From: an uncultured Acidobacteriota bacterium
Lineage (GTDB): Bacteria > Acidobacteriota > Terriglobia > Terriglobales > Acidobacteriaceae
NCBI GenBank assembly: GCA_963826925.1
Contig: CAWGYX010000009.1
Location: 15,899 to 79,898, forward strand
DNA: 64,000 nt
Direction of reading: 5' to 3'
Positions 49,357 through 59,901 of this stretch are shown here, piece after piece (the first letter of the stretch is position 1; every line of letters starts with the position of its first letter). The notes beneath the pieces are model-generated. The model did not search any database. It was not told where the DNA came from and worked only from the letters and a program-made list of their open reading frames with translations. The position numbers and the translations under genes were made by a program.

Positions 49357-51692
49357 TTATCCAACTTTCGCAAGCAATTCCCTTATTTTATTTTCCTCTT
49401 TCGCGCCCGGCTGGTGGCGAAGAGCGATCTGCAGTTCTCGCTTAGCCCAGGGCCGGTCGCCTTTTTGATAGAGGGCCAGGGCCAGATGCAAATGAAATGG
49501 CGCGCTGTCGGGCCTTCGCGACACCAGATCGCGCAGCATGCGAATGCCATCGTTTGTCAGGTTCTTCCGGATGTAGACCAGCGCCAGCGTGTCCTCGAAC
49601 GTCAAGGTCGCCGGGAAGTTTTTGCTGCGCGCGTTGGGCATGCGCCAGCGCTTGATCGAGATCCACACCTTCTTCAGCTTCCAGATACGCCAGATTGTTG
49701 AGAGCTGTCGCGTTCTCGGGCTGGAGTTGGATCACGATTTCGTATTCCTTGCGGGCCTGCTCCGTGCGCCCCGTCCGATCATACAACAGTGCCAGATCGA
49801 GAACGGGGCGGACGTCGGAGGGCGCCAGTTGCCGGGCGGTTTCAAACGCGGCTAAAGCGCTGGGAACGTCGTCGCCACCGAGTTTGGCCTCGCCCATTTG
49901 CAGATAGAGTATGGACGACCTGGGGTCGTTCCTTGGGATTTGATTGATCAGGATTTGGAACTGCGCCGAGGCGGTGGTGAAGCTGCGCGCCGCGATTAAA
50001 GTTTCCGCCAGAGCCAGCCGCGCATCGGCACGATCCGGCCAGCGCTTCACTTGATCGCTCGCGAACTGAATGGCGGCTTGGAACTTGCCCTGGACGATCT
50101 GGGTCTTCAGGAAACCCTGGGCGGCTCGAGTGTCGTTGGCCTCGAGCAGGGCGCGAAACCCCTCCTCGGCTTCTTTGTAGCGACGTTCCCGGAAATCCAA
50201 TTCCGCGAGTTGCCGGCGGCCTTCCTGGGACGTTGGGTCCAACTGGAGCGCCGTGCCAAGCTCGGCGCGAGCTTTTTCGGGTTCGGCCATGCTGACCAGC
50301 GCTCTCGCCCGCATCAACCGGGCTGCCAGGTTGCTTGCATCTTCGCTCAGGACCTCCGCCGTTGCTTGCGCCGCTCTATCGGGTTCGCCGCGTGCCAGCG
50401 CCAATTCCGCCCAAGCCAGCTTGGCCGGCGCATAGTGGGGATCCAGGCGCAACGCTGCCTCTAACTGTTCTCGCGCCTGGTCCCTGTTCTGTTGAGTCTT
50501 CTGGTCAGGCAAGGCCATATATGCCCGGCCTAGGTTGAAATACAGCGTGGCGTTTCTAGGCATTTTAGCGATTAACGGCTGCAACATAGCGATCGCCTCG
50601 TTCACCTTCCCGGGATCGCCCGACGCCAGCATTAACGTCGCGCGCAGCCCGAGCGCCTCCGGATCTTTTGAATCGTCCTTGAGCAATCCCGTGACAATCT
50701 TCTCCGCTTGATCGCGCACGCCCTGGGTGGCCAGCACCTCAGCCATTTTCTTGCGATACACGCGGGTTTTCTTTGAACTCTGGCTCTGCCGCTCGCCCGC
50801 TTCGTACTCGGAGAGCGCAGAGGGATAGTCGCGCACGCGCACATAGAAGTCCCCGGCGTCGAGGCGTCCATCGGGAAATGACTTGGGATCGGACGTCACG
50901 CGTTCAATGGCGGCTTGCGACTCCGCCCTGCGATGAAGCAAGAAATAGTGGAATGCGAGCTGGACCAGGCCGGCCGCCTGGGTGGGATTATTGGCGATGT
51001 TCCGTTCGAGGACCTGCTCTGCGAGTTCTGGCCGGTTGCCGCGCATGTAGTGTACATACAAGGCATCGTACAGCGGCGCGAACCCCTTTTGACGATCGAG
51101 TTGCGCAAAGGCTCGGCTTTCTGCTTCCTCGTCCCGCCGGGCGGCGAACAGCGTTTGAACCAGGGTGAGCGTCAGGTCCGGCTGGTCGGGCTTCACCCGG
51201 TTCGCCTGCTCGAATTGGAGGATCGCACCAGCGGTGTCGTTCAAAGCCAGCGCGATGTTTCCGGAGAAACGCAGGCCATCGAAGGAGCGCGGATTGTTTT
51301 TCAGGATGCGATCGGTGAGTTCCTTCAGATCCGCCAGGAACCCCCGGCCGCCACGTGGGTCTAGCAGGTAAAACGCCAGATCGAGATCGCCCAGCTGGAC
51401 AACTGCGTCCTGATTGGCTGGATCGAGTTCCATCGCGCGGCTGAAATCTTTGCGCGCCTCTGGCAATTCGGCTAACTTGGCGTTCACCAAGCCCAGACCA
51501 TACCAGGCGTCGGGCGAGCGCAGATCCTTTCGAAGGGCACGCCGGTAGAGGATGGATGCTTCCCTGATATTGGCCGCGCGCGAAGTACTTATTGCCGTTC
51601 GCCACGTACCTCTTGCCGGCGGCCTTTGGATCGGTGCTGCAGGCCGCTAACAAGGTCAGGAGCAAGGCAATAAGAAAGCGCGTAGGGTTCAA
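49357..51692 (-). CDS. ~780-aa TPR-repeat lipoprotein (PEP-CTERM-system PrsT-like by architecture, unverified)
   Basis: TTG 51692. LNPTRFLIALLLTLLAAC|S is a lipobox. TPR units run throughout. Stitched from ORFs 50988..51818, 49442..51490 and 49357..49668, with one surplus base near 51560 (QY|REASILYRRAL) and one break near 49640. Confidence 0.8.
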
Positions 51693-51787
51693 ATTTCCTA
51701 GTGCGGGACCCTGCCGAAAACTCTCGCCTGTTAGAATAAGCGAAAGGGTTTGGCCCCTGAACCGTCTACCACGCAGGAGATTTGATA

Positions 51788-51946
51788 ATGGCAGATACGA
51801 AGAAGTGCGCCCATCCAAGCTGCAGCTGCGTTACCCAGGAGAAGTATTGCAGCACGTTCTGCGAGGGACAGGCTGGCACCCCCGATATAGAGTGTGAATG
51901 CGGCCACCCTCCATGCGCGACGAAGATGGCTGGGTCGATAAAGTAA
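51788..51946 (+). CDS. 52-aa cysteine-rich protein, bacterial metallothionein (SmtA/BmtA)-like
   Basis: Not in the ORF track (below 60 aa). AGGAGA lies 7 nt before ATG 51788; TAA at 51944-51946. MADTKKCAHPSCSCVTQEKYCSTFCEGQAGTPDIECECGHPPCATKMAGSIK has 9 Cys and 2 His. The KCAxxxCxCxV...YCSxxC pattern resembles SmtA as recalled. Confidence 0.55.
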   Translation: MADTKKCAHPSCSCVTQEKYCSTFCEGQAGTPDIECECGHPPCATKMAGSIK

Positions 51947-51992
51947 AGTCGACAAAGTAAACTAGCCACGCGATCGCTGCCCCGGGACGAAG

Positions 51993-53270
51993 TCAGCGCA
52001 ACGCCGCCTGCAATGTCCCTGTCTGCCGCAGCAAATCCAGCCGCGCGTTTTCAACCGCGTGCTGCGCGTCGTAGAATGCGATCCATTTCTCTTGTTCGGT
52101 GAGCCGCGCGTTGTCCACTTGCTGCTCGGTGGCGCGCCCTTCGCCGAGCTGCGCCAGCAGGAGCGAAACCTGATCGCGCGTGTAATCCAGATCCAGGCGT
52201 GCCACCTCCTGCGCGGACGTCGCCTTCTGCAATTCCTGATAGCTCTTCTGCGTGTCCAGCTGGATGCGGTTGCGAACCTGACTCATTTGCGTACGTAACT
52301 CCAGGATGTCGGTTTGCGCTTGGGAAGCGAGACCCTTGGATGCCGATCCCGTGAGCAGGGGGATCTGGATAGAGACGCCCAGCTCGCCATTGTTGCGCTG
52401 GAAACGAGTAAAGAAGTTCTGATAATTAGTTTTGGCAAACAGCGCGTATTGGGCCACCAGGTCCACCACGGGCAGGCGCGTCGCTTCGGCCTCCTTCACT
52501 TCGAAGCCCTTAGCCTGGAGCTGCGACTCCAGCTTGCGAATGTCCTTGTTGTTTTCGAAAGCCAGTTCTGTGGCGGCCTGTTCGCTCCCCGGGATCTCGA
52601 AAGCCGCCCGCTCTTCTTGCACGGGCTGAACGCGGTCTGTCGCAGCATAGCCCAGCACCACCGCGAGCGACGCCTCGGAATAGTCCAGATCGTCGTTCAG
52701 CGCCGACAGCCGCTGGCTGGCTCGCGCCAGGTCAACCGCGACGCGCTTATTCTCGATGGGAAGCTGTCGGCCTTCTTCCACCTGCACGCCGACGGCCCGG
52801 CTCACTCGTTGCAGGCCTTCCACCTCGAGCTGGAGCGACTGCTTGCTGCGATCCAATTGTTGCGCATCCAGAAAGGCCGTCGCGGTCTGATACGCTACCT
52901 GATCGCTCTTGGACTGCGTGTCGATTTCCGCGCCCCGCGCCGTCTCCCGAACACGAGCCAGCTCGTAGGTTTTCGCTCGGTTGAACAGCGCCATATCGGT
53001 CCGGGTTTGGATAATGGAGGGCGCCGCGCCTTCGATACTGGTGGGGTAGCCCCAGACCTTCGCCAGTCCGCTGCCCGCGTAGAGCTTTGGCACGAACGGG
53101 TCCTTGGCGACGCGAATGGCCGCCTGCGCCTTCTGCTGGTCTAGGCGTGACAGTACCAGGTCGAGATTCTCTTTGAGGGCGATTTCCACGGCTTGCCGCA
53201 GCGTCAGCGGGTGCACCTCCGCAAACGCGGGAACCGTGGCAAGACAAACAAACAGGATATGTTTCAGCAC
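51993..53270 (-). CDS. TolC-family outer-membrane efflux protein
   Basis: Intact, GTG start. Signal MLKHILFVCLATVPAFA. LTLRQAVEIALKENLDL plus two coiled-coil/beta repeats typical of OEP-family proteins. Confidence 0.85.
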   Translation of the reverse strand: MLKHILFVCLATVPAFAEVHPLTLRQAVEIALKENLDLVLSRLDQQKAQAAIRVAKDPFVPKLYAGSGLAKVWGYPTSIEGAAPSIIQTRTDMALFNRAKTYELARVRETARGAEIDTQSKSDQVAYQTATAFLDAQQLDRSKQSLQLEVEGLQRVSRAVGVQVEEGRQLPIENKRVAVDLARASQRLSALNDDLDYSEASLAVVLGYAATDRVQPVQEERAAFEIPGSEQAATELAFENNKDIRKLESQLQAKGFEVKEAEATRLPVVDLVAQYALFAKTNYQNFFTRFQRNNGELGVSIQIPLLTGSASKGLASQAQTDILELRTQMSQVRNRIQLDTQKSYQELQKATSAQEVARLDLDYTRDQVSLLLAQLGEGRATEQQVDNARLTEQEKWIAFYDAQHAVENARLDLLRQTGTLQAALR

Positions 53271-53283
53271 TCTCTTAGGGTAC

Positions 53284-53332
53284 GAGAATTCTGAATGCAG
53301 AATTCAGAAGTCAGAATTCAGAATTCAGAACC
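53284..53332 (-). repeat. heptamer array (TTCTGAA)x5 plus one inverted unit, sense to flanking genes
   Basis: Minus-strand reading: ttctgaa ttctgaa ttctgac ttctgaa ttctgca ttcagaa ttctcg. It starts 2 nt after the MFS stop (53333-53335) and ends 13 nt before the TolC GTG (53270). TTCTGAAT/ATTCAGAA can form an 8-bp hairpin. Confidence 0.85.
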
Positions 53333-54758
53333 TCATCCCGCGTGCTCCAGCACCCTATACCGGCTGGTGGCTGCACCATCGTCGCTCTTCAATTCGCGAA
53401 ACACGATGGTCGACAAAATCGTGAATCCGCCCAGGACGAAGAATGCCTGGTGGATGCCGTGAATCATTTCCGGCGCGCTCGAATGAAAGCGGTCGGGAAT
53501 GAAGAACGCGGTGACCAGCGACGCGATCGCGACGCCGAAGCTGATCGACATCTGCTGCATGGTGCTGGCGATGGAGCTGGCGCTGCTGGTCTGTTCCTCG
53601 GTGACGTCGGCATAGACCAGCGTGTTCATGCTGGTGTATTGCAGCGAGGTGAAGAATCCGATAGCAGAACGCCTGCAGCCACGATCAGCCAGACCGGCGT
53701 GCCCGCGCCGATGGTCGCGAAAAGCAGGATCAGCAGGCCGAGGATCACGGTGTTCGAAATCAGCACGCCGCGATAGCCAAAGCGCGCCAGAATCCGCGGC
53801 ATCGTCATCTTCAGGCTCATGGCCGCGAGCGCCTGCGGCATCATCAGCAGGCCGGATTGAATCGGCGTGAATCCCAGGCCGACCTGGTAGAGCAGCGGAA
53901 AGAGGAACGGGATGCCGCCGATGCCCAGGCGCGTGAAGAAGCTGCCGCTCACCGCCGCGCGGAAGGTGCGGATGCGAAACAGGCTCAGACGCAGCAGCGG
54001 AAACGCGGTCCGCGTCGCGTGCAGTCCGTAGCCCGCCAGCAGCAGCGACGGAAATCGCCAGCAGCCCCAGGATTTCGCGCGCGCTCAGCGTATGCTCGCC
54101 GAACACCTCCAGCACATACGACAGCAGCGCGATGCCGGAGCCGAACAGGATCAGCCCGACGACATCGAGCGGATGCGTGTGCTCTTCGCGGTAGTCGGGC
54201 AGATGCAGATAGACCAGGTACAAGCCCGACCAGGCCGATCGGAATGTTCACGAAAAAGATGACCCGCCAGTGAAAGTAGCCGACGATCAGGCCGCCGGCG
54301 ATCGGGTCCGAGCATCGGGCCGATCAGGCCGGGGATGGCGACGAAGCTCATGGCGCGGATGAGTTCGGATTTGGCGAACGTCCGCACCAGGGTGAGCCGG
54401 CCCACCGGCACCATCATGGCTCCGCCGCAGCCTTGCAGGATGCGGCACGCGACCAGCACATGGATGTTGCTCGATATGCCGCAGAGAAACGACCCCAAGC
54501 GTGAAGAGGCCGATGGCGGACGCGAACACCCGGCGCGTTCCGAAGCGATCCGCCATCCAGCCGCTGATCGGAATGAAGACCGCCAGGCTCAACGTGTAGC
54601 TCGCCAGCACCGACTTCATGCTGAGCGGAGCCACCTTGAGCGCCTCGCGCGATGGCGGGCACGGCCGTGTTCAGAATCGTGGTGTCGAGCGACTCCATGA
54701 AGAACGCGACGGCGACCAGCCACGGCAACAGTCGCTTGGCGGAGACGCTCACGTCCAT
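53333..54758 (-). CDS. MFS transporter, DHA2 (EmrB/QacA, 14-TM) family
   Basis: LLPWLVAVAFFMESLDTTILNTAVPAIA...SWMADRFGTRRVF...LVACRILQGCGGAMMVPVGRLTLVRTF...FFVNIPIG.... Stitched from at least 7 ORF-track fragments (54414, 54287, 54151, 53985, 53626, 53333...). Confidence 0.85.
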
Positions 54759-54768
54759 GAGTGCTTTT

Positions 54769-56140
54769 TTACTGAGCCGCGCGCGTCAGCAAGCGGTCCG
54801 CAACGGCAGTCTCAATCGCGCGACCCACTACCTCCAACGCTTCGCGCAGCATGTCCTCCGGCATATTCAGCGGCGGCAGGAAGCGGATGCAGTTGCTGAA
54901 CAGGCCGGCCCGAATCAGCAGCACGCCATTCGAAACCGCGTGGCGCACCACGGCCAGCGTATCCGTGGCCGGCAGAGGCGTCTTCGACTCGCGGTCCGTC
55001 ACCAGTTCCACCAGCATCATGGGACCCAGGCCGCGCACGTCGCCGACAACCGGCCAGCTGGTGCTGTCCAGCCTTCCAGCACTTCGCGCATCACCTCGCC
55101 CAGCCGGTTGGCATGCGCCAGGAACTCCGGCTGTCGAATCATCTTCAGCGCTTCGAGCGCCGCCACGCACGCCAGCGGGATTGCCGCCATAGGTGCTGCC
55201 GACGCCGCCCAGGTGCGCGGAGTCCATGATCTCGGCCCGGCCGGTTACCGCTCCAATCGGCATGCCCGCTCCCAGCGATTTCGCCGACGCGATCATGTCG
55301 GGCACAATGCCATAGTGCTCCACGGCGAACATCCGGCCGGTTCGTCCCGATCCGCACTGCACTTCGTCGGCGATCATCACGATGCCGTGCTGCTCGCTCA
55401 ATTCGCGAATGCGCTGCAGAAAGCGCGGGGGCACCGGCAGAAAGCCGGCTTCGCCTTGCACCGGCTCAATCACGATCGCCGCAACTGCCGACGGATCCAC
55501 CTGCGCGGTGAAAGCGTGCTCCAGTTGCTGGATGCCGAAATCGACGATACTCGTCCGCCGTCATGCCCTGCGGGCGTGCGATAAGTGTTCGGAATCGGCA
55601 GCCGGACAATCTCCGGAGCAAACGGACCGAAGCCGCTCTTGAAGAGGCCGTACTTGCTGGTCAGGCTCAGAGTGAGCAGCGTCCGGCCATGATAGCCGCC
55701 CTCGAAACAAATCACCGTCGAGCGCCCGGTGTACTTGCGCGCCAGCTTCACCGCGTTTTCGATGGCCTCGGCGCCGCTGTTGGCAAACAAGCGTCTTTTT
55801 TGGGAAACGTCCCCGGCGTCACTTCGTTCAACAATTCCGCCAGCGCGACGTAAGGCTCATAGGTGGCGACCAGCGCGCAGGGATGAATGAACTTCTCCGC
55901 CTGTCGCTGGATGGCCTCCACCACCGGCGCCGGCGAATGGCCCACCGCGAGCATCCCGATGCCGCCCGCCAGATCGATCAGCGTGTTGCCATCCACGTCA
56001 AAGACCAGCGAGCCCTCCGCGCGCTCCACCACCACGTCGGTGGCGCGGGCCAGGCCGGAGGGAACGGCCGCGGCGCGCCGCGCCAGAAACTGCTTCGCCT
56101 TGGGGCCTGGAATCTCGGTGTTCAATCGAATATAAGACAT
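54769..56140 (-). CDS. class-III PLP aminotransferase (4-aminobutyrate aminotransferase-like)
   Basis: [15 protein letters not shown]...[23 protein letters not shown]...[36 protein letters not shown]...[17 protein letters not shown]...[14 protein letters not shown]. At least 3 frame breaks. Confidence 0.85.
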
Positions 56141-56165
56141 GGCATGCTCCCTGATTTGCGCCGCT

Positions 56166-56813
56166 TCACGTTCTTCCCGCGCCTCCAGCACCAGCAGGAC
56201 GCTGTAGTTGTCGCAAACCGGATCGTTGAGGTAGTTCGCCAGCAGGCCGCGCGGCTCGAAGCCGGCGTTCATCTGCATGCGACAGCGTGGGATCGCGAAA
56301 CGGCCCGGCCAGGACGCCTGCGTAATATTCCTCGGCCGTCATCTTGTCCTTGACAGCGCTGTAGCCGGGAATCATTCCCGCCGTCACCTGCCCCTTGAGC
56401 CCCAGCCGCCACACCACTTCCTGCCGCGCCGCATAAAGAGCGGTGGCGATTCCCCGTCCTCGGTAATCAGGATGAACACTGATGTCGGCCCCGTAGAGCC
56501 AGGCGCCGTCCGGCTGGTGCGAAGTGAGCCAGCCGCCCTGGATGATCTCGCCGAAGGTATGATCCACGTGATCGAAGTCGAAATCCAGACGCAGCGTGGT
56601 GGTTGCGCCGACCACGCGATCGCCATCCAGAGCGACGAACTGGCCGTCCTCGAACAGCTCCATGTGCTTCAGGTAGTGGCGGCTCTTGAAGCGCTCTTCT
56701 TCGGCCAGCGTGGGGAAACTGATGCGCTGCAGTTCCTCGAGTTGCACCGCGAATTCCGGACGGGCGTGCGTGATCACCAGGCCGTCAGCAAGTTTTCGGT
56801 AATACCAGCGCAT
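56166..56813 (-). CDS. GNAT-family N-acetyltransferase
   Basis: ...VVGATTTLRL...ISVHPDYRGRGIATALYAARQEV... is an acetyl-CoA Q/RxxGxG/A-type motif. The C-terminus continues in the ORF 55748..56278 frame (MQMNAGFEPRGLLANYLNDP...) after a break near 56290. The true stop is unresolved. Confidence 0.6.
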   Translation of the reverse strand: MRWYYRKLADGLVITHARPEFAVQLEELQRISFPTLAEEERFKSRHYLKHMELFEDGQFVALDGDRVVGATTTLRLDFDFDHVDHTFGEIIQGGWLTSHQPDGAWLYGADISVHPDYRGRGIATALYAARQEVVWRLGLKGQVTAGMIPGYSAVKDKMTAEEYYAGVLAGPFRDPTLSHADERRLRAARPAGELPQRSGLRQLQRPAGAGGAGRT

Positions 56814-56843
56814 TGCAGGAAGCATGCAGAGTAACATAAAAAC

Positions 56844-56957
56844 ATGTCGGTTCACGAAATCGGCTTACCGGAACTGATCGTCGTTCTCGTGGTGGCCATA
56901 TTGCTCTTCTGGGGACGGAAATTCGGCCGATCCCACCCCCCGGATCTACCCCGTTGA
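56844..56957 (+). CDS. TatA/E-like N-terminal fragment (37 codons as written)
   Basis: MSVHEIGLPELIVVLVVAILLFWGRK resembles the TatA TM helix plus hinge (G.PELxxxLVxxLLLFGxKK). The downstream amphipathic helix is not recoverable in any frame. Confidence 0.25.
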   Translation: MSVHEIGLPELIVVLVVAILLFWGRKFGRSHPPDLPR

Positions 56958-57175
56958 CACGCTGGAATGCGGCGGCTATAACGGTAGGCGATGGAAGGTA
57001 CATCGATCGCCGATCCCGCCGCGCCTGAACCGTCGGCCGTGCAGCAGGCGATCCGTTACTACTCCGATTTAGAGATCGCGACGAAAGCCTTCGCGCCTGA
57101 TACGACCTGTCCAAACATCTTCCGGGGCATGTTCGGCTTGCCGGCAATTACCACTTGGCCCATGTGGTTCCGGCG

Positions 57176-57757
57176 TTAGAGTTCGATACGCGTCCCCAGC
57201 ACCTCGAGAAACTGCGCGAGCCAAGCCGGATGTGCCGGCCAGGCGGGCGCAGTCACCAGCTTTCCGCAGGTATGGGCTTGGTCCATCGCTACATCCACGA
57301 ATGTCCCACCCGCCCGCGTAACATCGGGTCCCACGGCTGGATAACAACTGCAGGTCTTCCCCTGCAGCACGTCGGCGGCGGCCAGCAATTGCGCCGCGTG
57401 ACAGATGGCTGCGATCGGCTTGTCGGCGCTGGCGAAGTGACGCACTATTTCGAGCACTCGCGCATTGAGCCGGATATACTCGGGCGCGCGCCCGCCTGGA
57501 ACTACCAAACCGTCGTAGTCCTCCGGCCGGACTTCGTCGAAAGTCGCGTTCAAAGTGAAATTGTGACCCCGCTTCTCGCTGTATGTCTGGTCGCCCTCAA
57601 AATCGTGGATCGCGGTGCGCACCGAATCGCCGGCTCGCTTGTTGGGACAAACCGCGTGAACCACGTGCCCCACCATCAGCAGCGCCTGGAACGGCACCAT
57701 CACCTCGTAGTCTTCTACGTAATCGCCGACCAGCATCAGTAGTTTCTTTGCAGCCAT
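57176..57757 (-). CDS. DJ-1/PfpI-family protein
   Basis: Intact. [12 protein letters not shown]...[13 protein letters not shown] is the nucleophile elbow Cys-His. Confidence 0.9.
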   Translation of the reverse strand: MAAKKLLMLVGDYVEDYEVMVPFQALLMVGHVVHAVCPNKRAGDSVRTAIHDFEGDQTYSEKRGHNFTLNATFDEVRPEDYDGLVVPGGRAPEYIRLNARVLEIVRHFASADKPIAAICHAAQLLAAADVLQGKTCSCYPAVGPDVTRAGGTFVDVAMDQAHTCGKLVTAPAWPAHPAWLAQFLEVLGTRIEL

Positions 57758-57758
57758 T

Positions 57759-58672
57759 TCAATCTCCTGGATTCATCGTCGCATGCTGCCGCGCCCGCGC
57801 TTCCATGTACATTCGCACGGCCGTCTCCAGCGGCGGGAACGGCTCGATGCCCGAGCGTTCCATCTTGGCGTTCGAAAGAGCGGAGTACTTCGGCCGGCGC
57901 GCGGCGGTGCGAAATTCGCGTTCGCTGGTGGGCTTCACTTCTGGATTCACACCGGCGATTCGAAAAATCATCGAGGCGTAATCAAACCACGAGATAGCCT
58001 GGCCGCCGCCCACGTGGAAGACTCCGGTCAATCCGCGATCCACCAAATCGGCCGAGCGCGACGCCAGCAGAGGCGCATAGGTGGGCGATGCCACGTGATC
58101 GTCCACTACCCGGATGGGATGCGGTTTTCGCCTGGCCGCTGGTTGGCCGCCAGCCGCAGCATCAGCTCGATGAAGTTGCCGCGCGCCGTCTTCAGGCCGC
58201 CCGGACCGAACACGCCCGAGGTGCGAATGATCAGCGGATGATCCAGATAAGCCTGCGCATACAGCTCACCGGCCAGCTTCGAGACCGCGTACGCTCCCAG
58301 CGGATGCGTGGCGTCTTCCTCGGTGTACGCGCGGCCAGCCGTTCCGTCGAACACATAGTCGGTAGAGAAATGCACGAAGCGGGCGTCGAACTGCCGGCAG
58401 CACATCGCGAGATTGCGAACCGCCAATCCATTGGCAACCATCGCCGGCGCCGGTTCCTTTTCCGCGACGTCCACATGATTGTACGCGGCGGCGTTGATCA
58501 CGATGGCGGGATCTTCCCGCGCGAACGCCTGCTCCACTTGCGCGCTATCGCTGATGTCCACCTGCGATCGGTCGAACCCCGTCACTTGATAGCCACGCTC
58601 CGCGAGGACCGCTACCAGCTCGATGCCAAGCTGCCCACGGCATCCAAACACCACCGCTTTTTTTGTTTCCAT
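57759..58672 (-). CDS. rfbD: dTDP-4-dehydrorhamnose reductase
   Basis: [12 protein letters not shown]...[16 protein letters not shown]...[12 protein letters not shown]...[13 protein letters not shown]. One break near 58120 joins ORFs 58106..58672 and 57759..58106. Confidence 0.85.
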
Positions 58673-58729
58673 GTTTTCTGTTTCGATGCCGTCTTGTTTC
58701 GTGCTCTGGTCTCAGGCGGCCAGTGGACC

Positions 58730-59723
58730 CTACATCTGCCAGCGCCACAGGTTCGCGCCCACAGTGTAGCCCGCGCCCACGGCGGCGAACAGCACCAGAT
58801 CGCCCTTCTTCAGCTTGCCGCAGCGCAAAGCGTCGCGCGTAGCCAGGGGGATGGTCGCGCCCGTGGTATTTCCATACTGATCGATATTGATGACCACGCG
58901 ATCGCAGCTGATGCCCAGCCGCTCCGCCGCGGCCGTGATAATGCGCCGGTTGGCCTGATGCGGAATCATCACGCCCACATCGTCCACTGTCAGATGATTG
59001 CGCTCCAGCAGCTCGCGCGAGCATTCTTCCATCTTGCGGACTGCGTATTTGAAAACCTGCTGGCCATCCTGCTTCACGTAATGCAGCCGCTGGGCCACGG
59101 TTTCGGCGCTGGCGGGCATGCGGCTGCCGCCGGCGGGCTGCTTCAGATAGTCGCCGCCCGAGCCATCGATCTGATTGCAGGAAATCGATGAATCCGGTTT
59201 CGCCTTCCTCGGTGGGCTCAATCAGCATCGCTCCCGCGCCGTCGCCGAACAGAATGCAGGTGGAGCGGTCCGTGTAGTCGATGATGCGCGACATGGTGTC
59301 GGAGCCGATCACCAGCACCTTCTTATGCGAGCCCGCCGAAACCAGGTGCGCGGCCGTGGTCAGTCCGTAAATGAAGCCCGAGCAGGCCGCCACCAGATCG
59401 AATCCCCAGGCGCGCTTCGCGCCCAGCCGGTCTTGCACCAGGCAGGCGGTGGACGGAAACAGCATGTCGGGCGTCACCGTGCACACCAGGATCGCATCCA
59501 ACTCGGCGGCGTCGATCCCGCGCTGCTCCAGAGCGATCTTGCGCCGCCTCCACCGCCATGTCGGACGTGGCCATCTCCGGCGGCGCGATGTGGCGCTCGC
59601 AGGATGCCGACGCGCTGGACAGATCCACTCGTTGTTGGTGTCCACCATCTTTTCCAGATCCTGATTGGTCAGCACTCCCGGCGGCGTATAGCAGCCGAGC
59701 GCGGTTATCTTTGCTTTGTACAA
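58730..59723 (-). CDS. fabH: 3-oxoacyl-ACP synthase III
   Basis: TTG 59723 follows GGAGAA. ITALGCYTPPGVLTNQDLEKMVDTNNEWI...AFDLVAACSGFIYGL...IPHQANRRII...INIDQYGNTTGATIPLA.... At least 3 frame breaks. Confidence 0.9.
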
Positions 59724-59901
59724 TGCTTCTCCAGATTCAGATACAGAATACACCACCACAAACAATGAAATCCTTTTGGTGGAATCGGCGTCTAGCTTAC
59801 TGAACCACGACCGTGAGGAAGTGGATTTTATCGTAGGCCGCCAAAGAATCAGCGGCCGCCGCTCCAATGCTGGCGCGACTGGTCCCCGCGCCAGCCCTTC
59901 T

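Noticed and set aside
55748-56278. Apparent in-frame continuity between the GNAT C-terminal fragment (MQMNAGFEPRG...) and the aminotransferase start (MSYIRLN) as a GNAT-aminotransferase fusion.
   Set aside because: The aminotransferase has its own ATG at the expected N-terminus. The region contains at least one indel, and the neighbouring frame (ORF 56166..56855) supplies a TGA stop at 56166-56168. This is most likely a lost stop through frame noise.
56991-57179. 62-aa ORF (MEGTSIADPAAPEPSAVQQ...) between the TatA-like fragment and the DJ-1 gene.
   Set aside because: It has no RBS, no recognisable motif, and overlaps the DJ-1 gene end. There is insufficient evidence to call it.
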